Assembly (NCBI GenBank): GCA_018394315.1
Contig: CP074575.1
Location: 558,001 to 622,000 of the forward strand
Direction: 5' to 3'
Source of the DNA: Mycoplasmatota bacterium
Lineage (GTDB): Bacteria; Bacillota_I; Bacilli_A; MAG-NZ
Length of the DNA stretch: 64,000 nt
Part shown: positions 51,154-61,848 of the stretch, piece by piece
Layout: each line of letters opens with the position of its first letter
How positions within the stretch are numbered: position 1 is the stretch's first letter
Notes under the pieces: generated by a model
Seen by the model: the letters and a program-made list of their open reading frames with translations, nothing else
The model's database searches: none
Told to the model about the DNA's origin: nothing
Program-made: the position numbers and the translations under genes

Positions 51154-51401
51154 TGAAGTAAATAATAAGGAATAGAACTTATGCAAAAGAAGAGTGACAA
51201 TATGTTTAATGATGTTGTAGTTCTTATTGCGTTATCCAATCTTATTTCAAATAGTTTATAAGTCAAAGGAAGAATTATTAGTAGTACAGAAATATATGAG
51301 ATGTAATAATTGAAGAATATATCTATTTTTATATTTGAAACAAGAGAAATTATTAGCGTGAACAGTGTTATAAGTGAGTTTATTCTTAAGTTATTTGTCA
51401 T
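51150..51401 (-). CDS. Small hydrophobic protein
   Basis: GGGGAGG RBS; three hydrophobic segments. Confidence 0.6.
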   Translation of the reverse strand: MTNNLRINSLITLFTLIISLVSNIKIDIFFNYYISYISVLLIILPLTYKLFEIRLDNAIRTTTSLNILSLFFCISSIPYYLLH

Positions 51402-51584
51402 TTTATTTTCCTCCCCTATACTATTTTTATAGGATGTAGTTTACGAAGTTTGTTCTTTTTTGAAATTGGTTAGTGAATTGGGAATCTACGAGTATGAAAA
51501 AAAGAGTAATTCAAGTTGATTTAAGTAGATATTTTGTAGTAAAATGTTATAATGTTTAATGTAAGAAAATAGTAGGAGGAAAAT

Positions 51585-52817
51585 ATGGAAAGTACTTTAG
51601 AAAATGTTTTCGATATTATTAACGAAGAGCAAGAACGTCAAGAGAACAATATTGAACTAATTGCTTCGGAAAATTTTGTTTCAAAAGCTGTTTTAGAAGC
51701 ACAAGGTAGTGTACTAACAAATAAGTATGCTGAAGGATATCCAGGAAAGAGATATTATGGTGGATGTGAAGTTGTAGATAAAGTAGAAAACATCGCTAGA
51801 AACACTTTGAAGAAAATATTCAACGTTAAGTATACTAATGTACAACCTCATTCGGGTTCAACTGCAAATATGGGTGCATATAGAGCGGTGATTAAGCCAG
51901 GTGATACAATCTTAGGAATGGCACTGGATCACGGTGGACATTTAACTCATGGATTTTGGTTAAACTTTTCTGGTAAAGATTACAACGTTGTAGCTTATCA
52001 ATTAGACAAAAAATCTGAGAGAATAGACTATGATGAAGTGAGAAAGTTAGCTCTTGAACATAAGCCAGCATTAATCGTTGCGGGTGCTAGTGCTTATCCA
52101 AGAGAGATAGATTTTAAAGAGTTTAGAGAAATTGCTGATGAAGTTGGAGCTAAATTGATGGTTGATATGGCTCATATTGCTGGATTAGTAGCGGCTGGGG
52201 TACACATGAATCCATGCGAGTATGCACATATAGTTACTTCGACTACTCATAAAACGTTAAGAGGACCACGAGGTGGAATTATATTAACTAATGATGAAGA
52301 AATTGCTAAACAAATTGATCGAGTAATTTTCCCTGGTATACAAGGTGGACCGTTAATGCATGTTATTGCGGCTAAAGCTGTGTCTTTCTTAGAAGCTTTA
52401 CAACCTGACTATATTGAGTATCAAAAGCAAGTTGTTAAGAATGCAAAAGTATTAGGGGAAGAGTTAATAAAAGAAGGATTCAGGCTAGTTTCTGGAGGAA
52501 CTGATAATCATTTACTTTTAGTAGACGTTAAGGGTTCAATTGGAATTACTGGTAAAAAGGCAGAAAATATTTTAGATGAAGTGAAAATAACTTGTAATAA
52601 AAATACTATTCCATTTGATAAAGAAAAACCATTTATTTCTAGTGGTATTAGATTAGGGACTCCTGCAGTAACCACTAGAGGATTTAAAGAAGAAGAAATT
52701 AAAGAAGTTGCAAGACTAATTAGTTTAGCACTTAAAAACTATGATAACGAAGAAATTCTCGACAGTGTAAGAGAAGGAGTTACTAAGTTAACTAGTAAGT
52801 ATCCAATTTATAAGTAG
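51585..52817 (+). CDS. glyA: Serine hydroxymethyltransferase
   Basis: [44 protein letters not shown]. Confidence 0.98.
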   Translation: MESTLENVFDIINEEQERQENNIELIASENFVSKAVLEAQGSVLTNKYAEGYPGKRYYGGCEVVDKVENIARNTLKKIFNVKYTNVQPHSGSTANMGAYRAVIKPGDTILGMALDHGGHLTHGFWLNFSGKDYNVVAYQLDKKSERIDYDEVRKLALEHKPALIVAGASAYPREIDFKEFREIADEVGAKLMVDMAHIAGLVAAGVHMNPCEYAHIVTSTTHKTLRGPRGGIILTNDEEIAKQIDRVIFPGIQGGPLMHVIAAKAVSFLEALQPDYIEYQKQVVKNAKVLGEELIKEGFRLVSGGTDNHLLLVDVKGSIGITGKKAENILDEVKITCNKNTIPFDKEKPFISSGIRLGTPAVTTRGFKEEEIKEVARLISLALKNYDNEEILDSVREGVTKLTSKYPIYK

Positions 52818-52825
52818 GTGATGAT

Positions 52826-54124
52826 ATGATAAGAAAAACAAATCAAATTAAGACTTTAGAAGAGTTACCAAAATCCTTGCCTACTGTACAAATTACAGTA
52901 CCTGAGAAAGTATATATAACCTTAATGGAGATGAGAACTAGGAAATATACTTTATCAGTAGTAGAAGGAGATTATGTAAAAATCGGACAAATTATTGGTG
53001 AAAGAGATGGCGGATATTTCACTCAACCAATATTCTCAACTGTAAGTGGGACAGTAGGAAAAGTGATAAAGAAATTTACCTATACAGGAAAGAAAACAGA
53101 ATGTTTAGAGATTATTAATGACTTTAAAGAAGAGTACGCTGAAAGAGTTTTAGAAAGAACTGATGAAGCGATTAGTAAGTTATCTAAAGCAGAGATTATC
53201 GAGATTATAAAAGAGAATGGTGTTAAAGGTTTAGGCGGAGGAGGGTTTCCATCTTATGTGAAAATGGATACCGATAAACCAATTGATGTTATTATCTTAA
53301 ACGGTGTTGAGTGCGAACCTTATTTGACTGCTGATTATCAAGCTATAACTAAGGATGCATATCAAATGTTCAAAGGTTTAGAATATGTTATGCAGGCAAT
53401 GGGTACTAAAAGAGGGATAATCGGAGTTAAAAGAACAAAACATGCGTTATTAAAAGCACTTACCGAAGTGAAAGAGTCAGATTTTAAAGATTTAAATTGT
53501 GACATTATTCCAGTTAGTAATTATTATCCTCAAGGTTGGGAAATAGAGCTTATTAAAAATACCACAGGTATAAAAGTTAAACCAGGTACGTTATTAAGTG
53601 AATATGGAATAATTGAATATAATGTAACAACTGCTGCGGCTATTTATCAAGCTATTAAATTTAATTTACCAGTTCTAAATAGATACTTTACTGTTACTGG
53701 TGATGCAATAAATAATCCTTGTGAAATGACAGTAAGAGTTGGAACACCTATTCCGCATATTGTTGAAGCGGCAGGTGGTTATTCCATTGATGGTGATAAG
53801 GTGATGGTATTAGGTGGACCTATGATGGGTTCTAACCTAATGATGGATGATGCAATTGTGTCAATTACTGTTTCATCACTGTTACTGTTTAAACCACAAG
53901 AGTATAAAGAAGAACCTTGTGTCAGATGTGGTTCGTGTGTTTATAGTTGTCCAGCGAATTTACAACCTGTTCAACTTATGTATGCTGCTAAGACCAAAGA
54001 TGGTGATGCAGCAAAAGCACTTAATATACAAAACTGTATTGAGTGTGGGTTATGTAGTTATGTGTGTACATCAAAAATTCATCTAACAGACTTTATGCGA
54101 AAAGCTAAGAAGTTAGTGAAGTAG
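52826..54124 (+). CDS. rnfC: Rnf complex subunit C
   Basis: GLGGGGFP, NGVECEPYLTAD, YPQGWE, GGPMMG, CVRCGSC and CIECGLC. Confidence 0.92.
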   Translation: MIRKTNQIKTLEELPKSLPTVQITVPEKVYITLMEMRTRKYTLSVVEGDYVKIGQIIGERDGGYFTQPIFSTVSGTVGKVIKKFTYTGKKTECLEIINDFKEEYAERVLERTDEAISKLSKAEIIEIIKENGVKGLGGGGFPSYVKMDTDKPIDVIILNGVECEPYLTADYQAITKDAYQMFKGLEYVMQAMGTKRGIIGVKRTKHALLKALTEVKESDFKDLNCDIIPVSNYYPQGWEIELIKNTTGIKVKPGTLLSEYGIIEYNVTTAAAIYQAIKFNLPVLNRYFTVTGDAINNPCEMTVRVGTPIPHIVEAAGGYSIDGDKVMVLGGPMMGSNLMMDDAIVSITVSSLLLFKPQEYKEEPCVRCGSCVYSCPANLQPVQLMYAAKTKDGDAAKALNIQNCIECGLCSYVCTSKIHLTDFMRKAKKLVK

Positions 54125-54132
54125 GAGGAATT

Positions 54133-55155
54133 ATGGCTAGTAAAACAGGATTTTTAAGAAAAACTTCTCCTTATGTAAGAGAACCAAAAGCAAAAGTTGA
54201 AAAGATGATGTACGATGTATTAATAGCATTAATTCCAGTTATAATTTTCACAATATATAAATATGAGTTCACTGCAGTATGGATTATACTAGTATCTATC
54301 GTGTCAATGGTTGGAACAGAATTTTTATATTATAAGTTAAGAAAAGAGCCATTCACTATGAAGAATGGAACTGCACTTATAAGCGCATTAATTTACGCAC
54401 TTATAATGCCTGATGTTACACCGTTATGGATTGTATTTATTGGTGGAGTGTTTGGTATGTATTTTGGTAAATTGGTCTTTGGTGGAATGGGAGCGAACAT
54501 TTTCAATGTCGCTGGATTCGCTAGAGTGTTCATAGTTATCAGTTTCGGAGCATTTTTAGTTTATGATGTTGATACCGTTGCAGGCGCTACTGCACTTGGA
54601 GTTGTAAAAGCAAACCCATTCGATATGATGATTCTTGGTGATTTTAATTTATGGAATATGTTCACAGGAGTTGGTGAAGCAGGAAGTATTGGTGAGTTAA
54701 GTGGTATTGCTATCTTGTTGGGTGGTCTATATCTAGCATTTAGAAAATCACTTGATTGGCGAATTCCTGTATCATACATTGGAACAGTTTTAGGATTATC
54801 AACAATTGCTGCGTTAATTGTTGGAGCGGAAATGACTTATCCATTATTTACGATTTTATCGGGAGGAATATTATTTGGTGCTATCTTCATGGCAACTGAT
54901 CCAATTACTTCTCCAGTAACTGGACCTGGAAGAATCTATTATGGATTTGGACTAGGTGTTATTACTTTCTTTATTAGAATATTCGGTGCATTACCTGAAG
55001 GGGTAGTGTTCGCTATACTAATTATGAATATGTTTGTACCTGCATTAGATTATTATAAATGGGCTAACTCAAAATTCACTATAAAAAGTACATTAGTATT
55101 CAGTGTAGTAGTGCTAGTAACAGTTGGTCTATTAGTAGTAGGAGTGTGGCAATAA
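54133..55155 (+). CDS. rnfD: Rnf complex subunit D
   Basis: KLVFGGMGANIFN, AGATAL FMN site, GSIGE, FMATDPITSP. Confidence 0.92.
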   Translation: MASKTGFLRKTSPYVREPKAKVEKMMYDVLIALIPVIIFTIYKYEFTAVWIILVSIVSMVGTEFLYYKLRKEPFTMKNGTALISALIYALIMPDVTPLWIVFIGGVFGMYFGKLVFGGMGANIFNVAGFARVFIVISFGAFLVYDVDTVAGATALGVVKANPFDMMILGDFNLWNMFTGVGEAGSIGELSGIAILLGGLYLAFRKSLDWRIPVSYIGTVLGLSTIAALIVGAEMTYPLFTILSGGILFGAIFMATDPITSPVTGPGRIYYGFGLGVITFFIRIFGALPEGVVFAILIMNMFVPALDYYKWANSKFTIKSTLVFSVVVLVTVGLLVVGVWQ

Positions 55156-55667
55156 TGAAGAATAAACTATTAATAGGACTAAAATTATTTGTAATTGCTG
55201 CTTTAAGTGGATTAGCGTTATACGGTGTTAATGAACTTACTGAAGATACTATCATTGAAAACAGAATCAAACGTGAGGAAGCGAAGTATGCATTAATATT
55301 CCCAGATTATTATAGAAATGAAAAAACGCCTGATGAAGGTATTACACAAATAGCTATTTATGATGAAGAGGACAATTTATTAGGATATATTTATAGTGCT
55401 GGTGCTAATAACGATTATGGTTCAATAACCGTATTAGTTGGTGTTAATGATATGAATGAGATTGTCAAAGTTGAATTTGCATCATTAAATCAAACACCAT
55501 CATATGCGTCTAAAGTAAACAACGATTCATTCTTAGGACGATTTGTTGGGAATAGTACTAGTGATTCATATTTAGATTTTGATGTCAAAGTTGGAGCTAC
55601 ATATTCAGCTACTACTACTCGTGATTTAGTAGAGTTTATAAGCAAGTATCATGAGGGGGTAGAATAA
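55155..55667 (+). CDS. rnfG: Rnf complex subunit G
   Basis: N-terminal TM, QTPSY, GATYSA FMN-attachment motif; position in cluster. Confidence 0.85.
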   Translation: MKNKLLIGLKLFVIAALSGLALYGVNELTEDTIIENRIKREEAKYALIFPDYYRNEKTPDEGITQIAIYDEEDNLLGYIYSAGANNDYGSITVLVGVNDMNEIVKVEFASLNQTPSYASKVNNDSFLGRFVGNSTSDSYLDFDVKVGATYSATTTRDLVEFISKYHEGVE

Positions 55668-56323
55668 TGAAGAGAAAACAATTATTAACTAGAGGTTTTT
55701 TTAAAGAAAATCCAATATTCGTCTTCTTATTAGGAATGTGTCCAGCATTAGCAGTAACTAGTACATTCGAAACATCACTTGGTATGGGTGTGTTAGTTAT
55801 ATTCGTACTAACTTGCTCAAATATTGTTATTTCATTAGTAAAAGGCTTTATTCCGGAGCAAATTAAAATTCCATCGTTTATAGTAATTATAGCTACGTTT
55901 GTAACCTTAGTTGCGATGTTTACTGAAGCATATGCGTTTGAACTGTATGAGAGTTTAGGAGTGTTTATTCCTTTAATTGTAGTTAACTGTTTAATATTGG
56001 GTAGAGCTGAAGCGTTTGCATCTAAGAACTCAGTGGCCGATTCAGCAATTGATGGGTTCGGTATGGGGGTTGGATTTACAATCGGATTATCAATCATCGG
56101 TATTGTAAGAGAACTACTAGCAACTGGTCAAATTGCTTATGGTGTATACTTACCACTAGGAGAACCAGGATTCTTGTTTAATTTAAATTGGTTTATTGGT
56201 GGAGACTTTAATATTGCTGATTATGGAATAAGTGTATTTGCATTACCAGCTGGAGCATTTATCACTTTAGGATTCTTGTTGGCTATGAAAAATATATTAG
56301 AATCTAAGAGAGGTGAAGCTTAA
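55667..56323 (+). CDS. rnfE: Rnf complex subunit E
   Basis: LGMCPALAVT, FIPLIVVNCLILGRAEAFASKN. Confidence 0.93.
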   Translation: MKRKQLLTRGFFKENPIFVFLLGMCPALAVTSTFETSLGMGVLVIFVLTCSNIVISLVKGFIPEQIKIPSFIVIIATFVTLVAMFTEAYAFELYESLGVFIPLIVVNCLILGRAEAFASKNSVADSAIDGFGMGVGFTIGLSIIGIVRELLATGQIAYGVYLPLGEPGFLFNLNWFIGGDFNIADYGISVFALPAGAFITLGFLLAMKNILESKRGEA

Positions 56324-56928
56324 TGAGTGTAGCAGTATTTTTTACCGCACTTGCCAGTGCGATGTTGATTAACAATGTTATCTTAATGAGATTCTTGGGT
56401 ATTTGTCCTTTCTTAGGAGTATCTAAAAAAATTGAATCAAGTATTGGTATGAGTTTTGCGGTTGCATTTGTTATGTTAGTAGCGACACTGTTCACATATA
56501 TTATTTATTACACATTACTTGAACCATTTGACATTGAGTACTTACGAATAATAGCATTTATTTTAGTAATAGCTTCTTTAGTTCAATTTGTTGAGATGTT
56601 TATTAAAAAGTTTTCTAAAGGTTTATATAAATCCTTAGGAATATACTTACCATTAATCACTACAAATTGTGCAATATTAGGTGTTGCTGAAGGAAATATT
56701 ATTATAGACTTTAATTCTTCATATAACTTCTTTGGTGGTTTAGCATTGAGCTTAACAAACGCTTTAGGAGCTGCATTAGGATTTGGATTAATTATGTTTG
56801 CGTTTAGTGCGATTAGAGTTAGACTTGACGCACAAAATGTTCCTAAAGAATATAAGGGTGTTCCCATTTCTTTAGTAGTGGCTGGTATTATGTCACTAGC
56901 ATTCTTTGGATTACAGGGGTTGATATAA
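56323..56928 (+). CDS. rnfA: Rnf complex subunit A
   Basis: FLGICPFLGVS, LGIYLPLITTNCAILG. Confidence 0.93.
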   Translation: MSVAVFFTALASAMLINNVILMRFLGICPFLGVSKKIESSIGMSFAVAFVMLVATLFTYIIYYTLLEPFDIEYLRIIAFILVIASLVQFVEMFIKKFSKGLYKSLGIYLPLITTNCAILGVAEGNIIIDFNSSYNFFGGLALSLTNALGAALGFGLIMFAFSAIRVRLDAQNVPKEYKGVPISLVVAGIMSLAFFGLQGLI

Positions 56929-56929
56929 C

Positions 56930-57238
56930 ATGGAAGCGTTTATTATATTAGGAGCAATTGGTCTAGTGTTAGGATTAGGACTTGCGATTGCTAGTGAGAA
57001 ATTTTATGTTGAAGAAGATTTAAGGTTAGAGAAAATTAACCAATTGTTACCAGGAGTAAATTGTGGGGCATGTGGTTATCCAGGCTGTGGTGGATTTGCT
57101 GAAGGGATCATTAGCGGGGAAGTTAAAGCTCTATCAAATTGTAAACCTGGTTCAAAAGGAACTGGTTTAGAAGAGATTAAAAAGTATTTAGCTGAAACGC
57201 CTGGACCTGAAGGCGATATTATTAAAGTTAATTTATAA
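56930..57238 (+). CDS. rnfB: Short RnfB (TM plus single FeS domain only)
   Basis: LPGVNCGACGYPGC...C; lacks downstream 2x[4Fe-4S] ferredoxin domains. Confidence 0.85.
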   Translation: MEAFIILGAIGLVLGLGLAIASEKFYVEEDLRLEKINQLLPGVNCGACGYPGCGGFAEGIISGEVKALSNCKPGSKGTGLEEIKKYLAETPGPEGDIIKVNL

Positions 57239-57243
57239 TTGAT

Positions 57244-57273
57244 AAAGGATTATGCGAATAGCATAATCCTTTT
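57244..57273 (+). terminator. Terminator after the rnf cluster
   Basis: AAAGGATTATGC-gaata-GCATAATCCTTTT. Confidence 0.8.
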
Positions 57274-57436
57274 ATCTCTAAAAATACGGTGTATAAGAGA
57301 ATCCTAAAATGAAATACCAACTATTATTGCTTTTTAAAAAAATAACAAGTGCATAGGAAATTTGTATTATAAGTAACGAATTTGTTCGGTAACACATTTA
57401 TGATATACTTTTCATATATTTTACTGGAGGTAGTAA

Positions 57437-57976
57437 ATGAAACTTTATCATATTAGTGATAATAAAAATATCGAAATATTTGAACCAAGGAGCGTAAATA
57501 AGTCATGGCCTGGATTATATAAACAATATGTATGGGCAATATCTAGTGAAATGGTTCATAATTATTACTTTCCAAGAAATTGTCCAAGGGTATGTTGGAT
57601 GATAGGACCAAATACAAGTGAAGATGACAAAAACTACTTTAAATCATTCGGGGAGTTTAAAAGTTTAATATTCGTGGAAAAGGCCTGGGAGAAAACTATT
57701 GAAGATACTATAATTTACAGATATGAGTTTGATAATAAGAATTTTTATCCGGTAGACTATAGTGCAGGTTATTATGTTAGCGAAAGAGAAGAAATACCTA
57801 AGCTAGTAGAGATCATTGACTTAAAAGAAGAGCTTAAGAAGAGCAATGTGAAACTCATTTTTGTAGAAGATTTATCTAAATATCAATGTGAGTCAACAGA
57901 GAGAACTTTTAGGTTTTCGAATATTAGAATGAAGTTTTTGGAAACTAGCAAAAATGAAATTATTAGGAGAAGGTGA
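57437..57976 (+). CDS. Conserved hypothetical protein
   Basis: MKLYHISD..FEPR, NYYFPRNCPRV, AGYYVS, FSNIRM; GGAGG RBS. Confidence 0.75.
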   Translation: MKLYHISDNKNIEIFEPRSVNKSWPGLYKQYVWAISSEMVHNYYFPRNCPRVCWMIGPNTSEDDKNYFKSFGEFKSLIFVEKAWEKTIEDTIIYRYEFDNKNFYPVDYSAGYYVSEREEIPKLVEIIDLKEELKKSNVKLIFVEDLSKYQCESTERTFRFSNIRMKFLETSKNEIIRRR

Positions 57977-58323
57977 TGGCTATGCAACCGTTTAGAAGAG
58001 ATAGAAGAACTCCAGATTTTATATTACTTTTTTTACTTCAGCAACCATTACATGGGTTTGATTTATACAAAAAGATAAATAAAGTTATAAAAACCAATAA
58101 GGTAGATACGGCTGGTATATATAGAACACTTGATAAATTAGAAAAGGAAAACATGGTTTCTTTTAGTTGGGTTAAGGGGGATAAGGGTCCTGACAAAAAA
58201 CTATACTCAATCACCAAGGATGGAGAAATTTTCTTGAAGGAAGCGCACGAGAACGCCCAGAAGACTCTTTTTGACCTAATGATTTTCACGGAAACTTATA
58301 AAGGCATTATGTCAAAAAGATAA
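57973..58323 (+). CDS. PadR family regulator
   Basis: LHGFDL, GIYRTLDKLE, GPDKKLYSIT. Confidence 0.85.
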   Translation: MMAMQPFRRDRRTPDFILLFLLQQPLHGFDLYKKINKVIKTNKVDTAGIYRTLDKLEKENMVSFSWVKGDKGPDKKLYSITKDGEIFLKEAHENAQKTLFDLMIFTETYKGIMSKR

Positions 58324-58488
58324 CTATAAAGTAATCGAGCTGAGATATTTGTTGAAATATGTGAAAAACTATATGTTAATAGCATATAGTTTTTTGATTT
58401 TGTAAGCGAATTCATTAGCAAAACGGCATCCAAATCTATATAATGATAATATAATGAACTTTAAAATAATATAATGGAGGAATAAATA

Positions 58489-59829
58489 ATGGATAGTGGA
58501 AAAACCAAGGCTGAAATACTTAAGCACGCTAAAGAAGAAAATGTAAGGTATATTAGACTTCAGTTTACTGATATGTTAGGGGTATTAAAAAACGTTGAGA
58601 TTCCTTTAAGTGGATTAGAAGATGCTCTAGAAGGAAAAACAATGTTTGATGGTTCAAGTATTGAGGGGTTTGTACGTATTCAAGAAGCGGATATGTTTTT
58701 AGTTCCTGATTTAAGAACCTGGTTAATATTGTCTTATGAGAATACAAAGTATGGTAAAGTAGCAAGATTAATTTGTGATGTATATAAAACAGACGGAACT
58801 CCATTTGAAGGGTGTCCTAGATATGTTTTGAAAAAGAACTTAGCAAGAATGGGAGAGTTAGGTTTTGAATCTTTTAACATTGGTGTTGAACCGGAGTTCT
58901 TTTTGTTCAAGATAATAAATGGTGAAGTTACATTAGAATACTCTGATCATGGAGGATACTTTGACTTAGCGCCGGTAGATCAAGCTGAGGACTGCCGCAG
59001 AGATATAGTGTTGGAATTGGAAAAATTAGGTTTTAATATTGAAGCAGCTCACCATGAGGTTGCGAAGGGTCAAAATGAAATTAATTTTACTTTTGCCAAT
59101 GCACTAGAAGCGAGTGACAATCTACAAACTTTTAAGCTGGTTGTTAAAAATGTAGCTAAGAGACATAATCTACATGCAACATTTATGCCTAAGCCTGTAG
59201 CTAAAATTAATGGTTCTGGAATGCACGTGAACTGTTCGATAACAGATAAAGAAGGTAACAATGTTTTCTATGATGAGAATGACTCAATGGAATTAAGTAG
59301 TATATGTAGAAATTGGGTTGGTGGACTTATGCAGTATGCTAGATGTTATACAGCAATTACTAATCCAACTGTTAATTCATATAAACGATTAGTTCCAGGT
59401 TATGAGGCTCCATGCTATATTTCTTGGAGTGATGCTAATAGAAGTGCATTAATTAGAATTCCTGCAGCAAGAGGCTTAGCTACTAGAACTGAACTACGTT
59501 CTGTAGATCCAGCTGCCAATCCATATCTTGCTTTCGCAGTAGTTTTAGCTGCAGGATTAGATGGTATTATTAATAAAACAGTTCCAGTTGATCCTACATA
59601 TCTTAATTTATATAAAATGACACGTGAGGAACGTGAAGAGTTGGGAATACTAAACTTACCAGAAAATCTTAAGGATGCATTAAAAGAACTTAAACAATGT
59701 AAAATTACAAGTGAGGCTTTAGGGCAAGAAGTAGTTGATAAATTTATTCTATCGAAAACAAGAGAATGGGATGAATTTAGATTGGCCGTTACAAAGTGGG
59801 AGTTGGACAGGTACTTATTTAGACTATAA
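58489..59829 (+). CDS. glnA: Glutamine synthetase type I
   Basis: [44 protein letters not shown]. Confidence 0.97.
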   Translation: MDSGKTKAEILKHAKEENVRYIRLQFTDMLGVLKNVEIPLSGLEDALEGKTMFDGSSIEGFVRIQEADMFLVPDLRTWLILSYENTKYGKVARLICDVYKTDGTPFEGCPRYVLKKNLARMGELGFESFNIGVEPEFFLFKIINGEVTLEYSDHGGYFDLAPVDQAEDCRRDIVLELEKLGFNIEAAHHEVAKGQNEINFTFANALEASDNLQTFKLVVKNVAKRHNLHATFMPKPVAKINGSGMHVNCSITDKEGNNVFYDENDSMELSSICRNWVGGLMQYARCYTAITNPTVNSYKRLVPGYEAPCYISWSDANRSALIRIPAARGLATRTELRSVDPAANPYLAFAVVLAAGLDGIINKTVPVDPTYLNLYKMTREEREELGILNLPENLKDALKELKQCKITSEALGQEVVDKFILSKTREWDEFRLAVTKWELDRYLFRL

Positions 59830-59884
59830 TTGAAGTTTTAAATTCAATTATGATATAATTTTAAAAAATTAGTTCGGAGGTATT

Positions 59885-60361
59885 ATGAAAATACATGAGA
59901 CTGTATTTATAGCTGAAGGAGCAAAAGTAGTTGGAGATGTTACGATAGGGAAAGACTCGAGTGTATGGTTTAATGTCGTGATAAGATCTGATATGAGTTA
60001 TGTTCAAATTGGTAAAGGTACGAATATTCAGGATTTAACATGTATCCATGATAATAATAATATGCCCACAATTATTGGTGACAATGTTACGATTGGTCAT
60101 AGTGCTATAATACATTCAGCAACTATTAAGAATAGTGCTTTAATTGGTATGGGTGCTATAGTTTTAGATGGAGCGGTTGTTGAAGAGGAAGCACTGGTAG
60201 GAGCAGGTACAGTTGTTCCACCTGGAAAAGTTGTGCCAAAAAGACATTTAGCTATCGGTAATCCTATGAAGATTTTAAGAGAGTTAAGTGACTCAGAATT
60301 AGATGATATTGTATCGAATAAAGATCATTATATTAGACTGACTAATTTATATAAAAAATAG
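59885..60361 (+). CDS. Gamma carbonic anhydrase family protein
   Basis: VVGDVTIG, NIQD, TIGHSAIIH hexapeptide motifs. Confidence 0.9.
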   Translation: MKIHETVFIAEGAKVVGDVTIGKDSSVWFNVVIRSDMSYVQIGKGTNIQDLTCIHDNNNMPTIIGDNVTIGHSAIIHSATIKNSALIGMGAIVLDGAVVEEEALVGAGTVVPPGKVVPKRHLAIGNPMKILRELSDSELDDIVSNKDHYIRLTNLYKK

Positions 60362-60370
60362 CCACAGGGG

Positions 60371-60913
60371 CTATTTTTTATATTTATTAATTTCATCTTT
60401 AATTAAGTCATTTCCATATATGTCGTACGTAACAAATACAGGAAAATCTTCAACAGTTAATTCTCTGATAGCTTCACTCTGAAGTTCGGGAAAAGCAATA
60501 AGCTTAGAACTCTTCACAAATTTACTTAAGTATGCTGCAGTTCCACCGATTGCCTGAAAGTAGACAGAGTTATATTTGTTAAGTAATTCCTTAATGTTTT
60601 CACTTCTTGCTCCTTTCCCGATGCTACCTCTAAGTCCTAGTTTTAAAAGTGGCTCTAGAAATGGATCCATTCTGTAACTAGTAGTTGGTCCGCATGAACC
60701 AATTGGCTCATTAGGTTTTGCTGGTGTTGGTCCTACATAGTAAATAATTGAATCCTTTATTGGAATTGGAAGTGGTTGGTTGTTGTTTATCATATCAACC
60801 ATTTTTTTATGTGCCGCATCTCTAGCGGTATAAATTGTACCAGTAATATAAACTAAATCTCCAGCTTTTAGACTCTTTAATTGATCTTGGGTAAGTGGTG
60901 TTAATATTTTCAT
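60371..60913 (-). CDS. Class I fumarate hydratase / tartrate dehydratase beta subunit
   Basis: TARDAAHK, GPTTSYRMD, IGKG. Confidence 0.92.
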   Translation of the reverse strand: MKILTPLTQDQLKSLKAGDLVYITGTIYTARDAAHKKMVDMINNNQPLPIPIKDSIIYYVGPTPAKPNEPIGSCGPTTSYRMDPFLEPLLKLGLRGSIGKGARSENIKELLNKYNSVYFQAIGGTAAYLSKFVKSSKLIAFPELQSEAIRELTVEDFPVFVTYDIYGNDLIKDEINKYKK

Positions 60914-61746
60914 AGTATCACGCTCTTATGTCTTGCTGAATGACATTGTAAGTTTACTGCTACTGGTAAAGCAGCTATATGACAAGGATAGGTATTTACT
61001 TTCACTGCAAGAGCAGTAGTAGATCCACCAAATCCCATTGGCCCAATTCCTATGTTATTTATTTCAGTTAGTAATTCTTTTTCGAGTTTTTTAGCTATTT
61101 CATCATTAGATGAATCATCAATATCGCGCATCAAAGCTTCCTTGGCTAAAATTGCAGATTTTTCGAAGTTACCACCAATACCTACGCCTACAATAATAGG
61201 AGGGCAAGTTTTACCTTCTGCTATAGTTACGGTTTCTAAAACAAAATCTTTCACACCTTGATAACCTTCTGCTGGAGTAAGCATTTTTAGTCTGCTCATG
61301 TTCTCGCTACCTCCACCTTTAGGAGCAACGGTAATCTTTATGTGGTCTGCATTAATAAGTTTTGTGTGGACTACGGCTGGAGTATTGTCTCCGGTATTTT
61401 CTCTGTTTAAGGGGTGCTTCAATGTTGAGTTTCTTAAGTAACCTTCTTTATACGCTCTTCTTACCCCTTCGTTTATTGCATCGTAAATGTCAAAATCTAC
61501 TATGACTTTACCCATTTCTAAGAATACTACTACTAAGCCAGTATCCTGACATAGAGGTTTTTTTTCTGTGTTTGCGATACTTGAATTTTCTTCTATCTGA
61601 GAAAGAATTTTTTTTCCGATTGGACTCTCTTCAGTGTGCTTAAATGAGCTAATCTTTTTAAGTATATTACCATTTAACGTGAAGTTAGCATCCAAACAAA
61701 GTCTTTTTACGGACTCGATTACTTTCATTTTTTCTAATTTACGCAT
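60910..61746 (-). CDS. Class I fumarate hydratase / tartrate dehydratase alpha subunit
   Basis: PLCQDTG, KGGGSEN, CPPIIVGVGIGG, HIAALPVAVNLQCH. Confidence 0.92.
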   Translation of the reverse strand: MRKLEKMKVIESVKRLCLDANFTLNGNILKKISSFKHTEESPIGKKILSQIEENSSIANTEKKPLCQDTGLVVVFLEMGKVIVDFDIYDAINEGVRRAYKEGYLRNSTLKHPLNRENTGDNTPAVVHTKLINADHIKITVAPKGGGSENMSRLKMLTPAEGYQGVKDFVLETVTIAEGKTCPPIIVGVGIGGNFEKSAILAKEALMRDIDDSSNDEIAKKLEKELLTEINNIGIGPMGFGGSTTALAVKVNTYPCHIAALPVAVNLQCHSARHKSVIL

Positions 61747-61848
61747 TATAATCACCAATATTATTATAATCTTCTTGTTGCAAAATTAAAAGATAAACAT
61801 ATTATAAAAAGAAAAAAAATATAATGTTTTGTAAAGGATTGTGATTAT

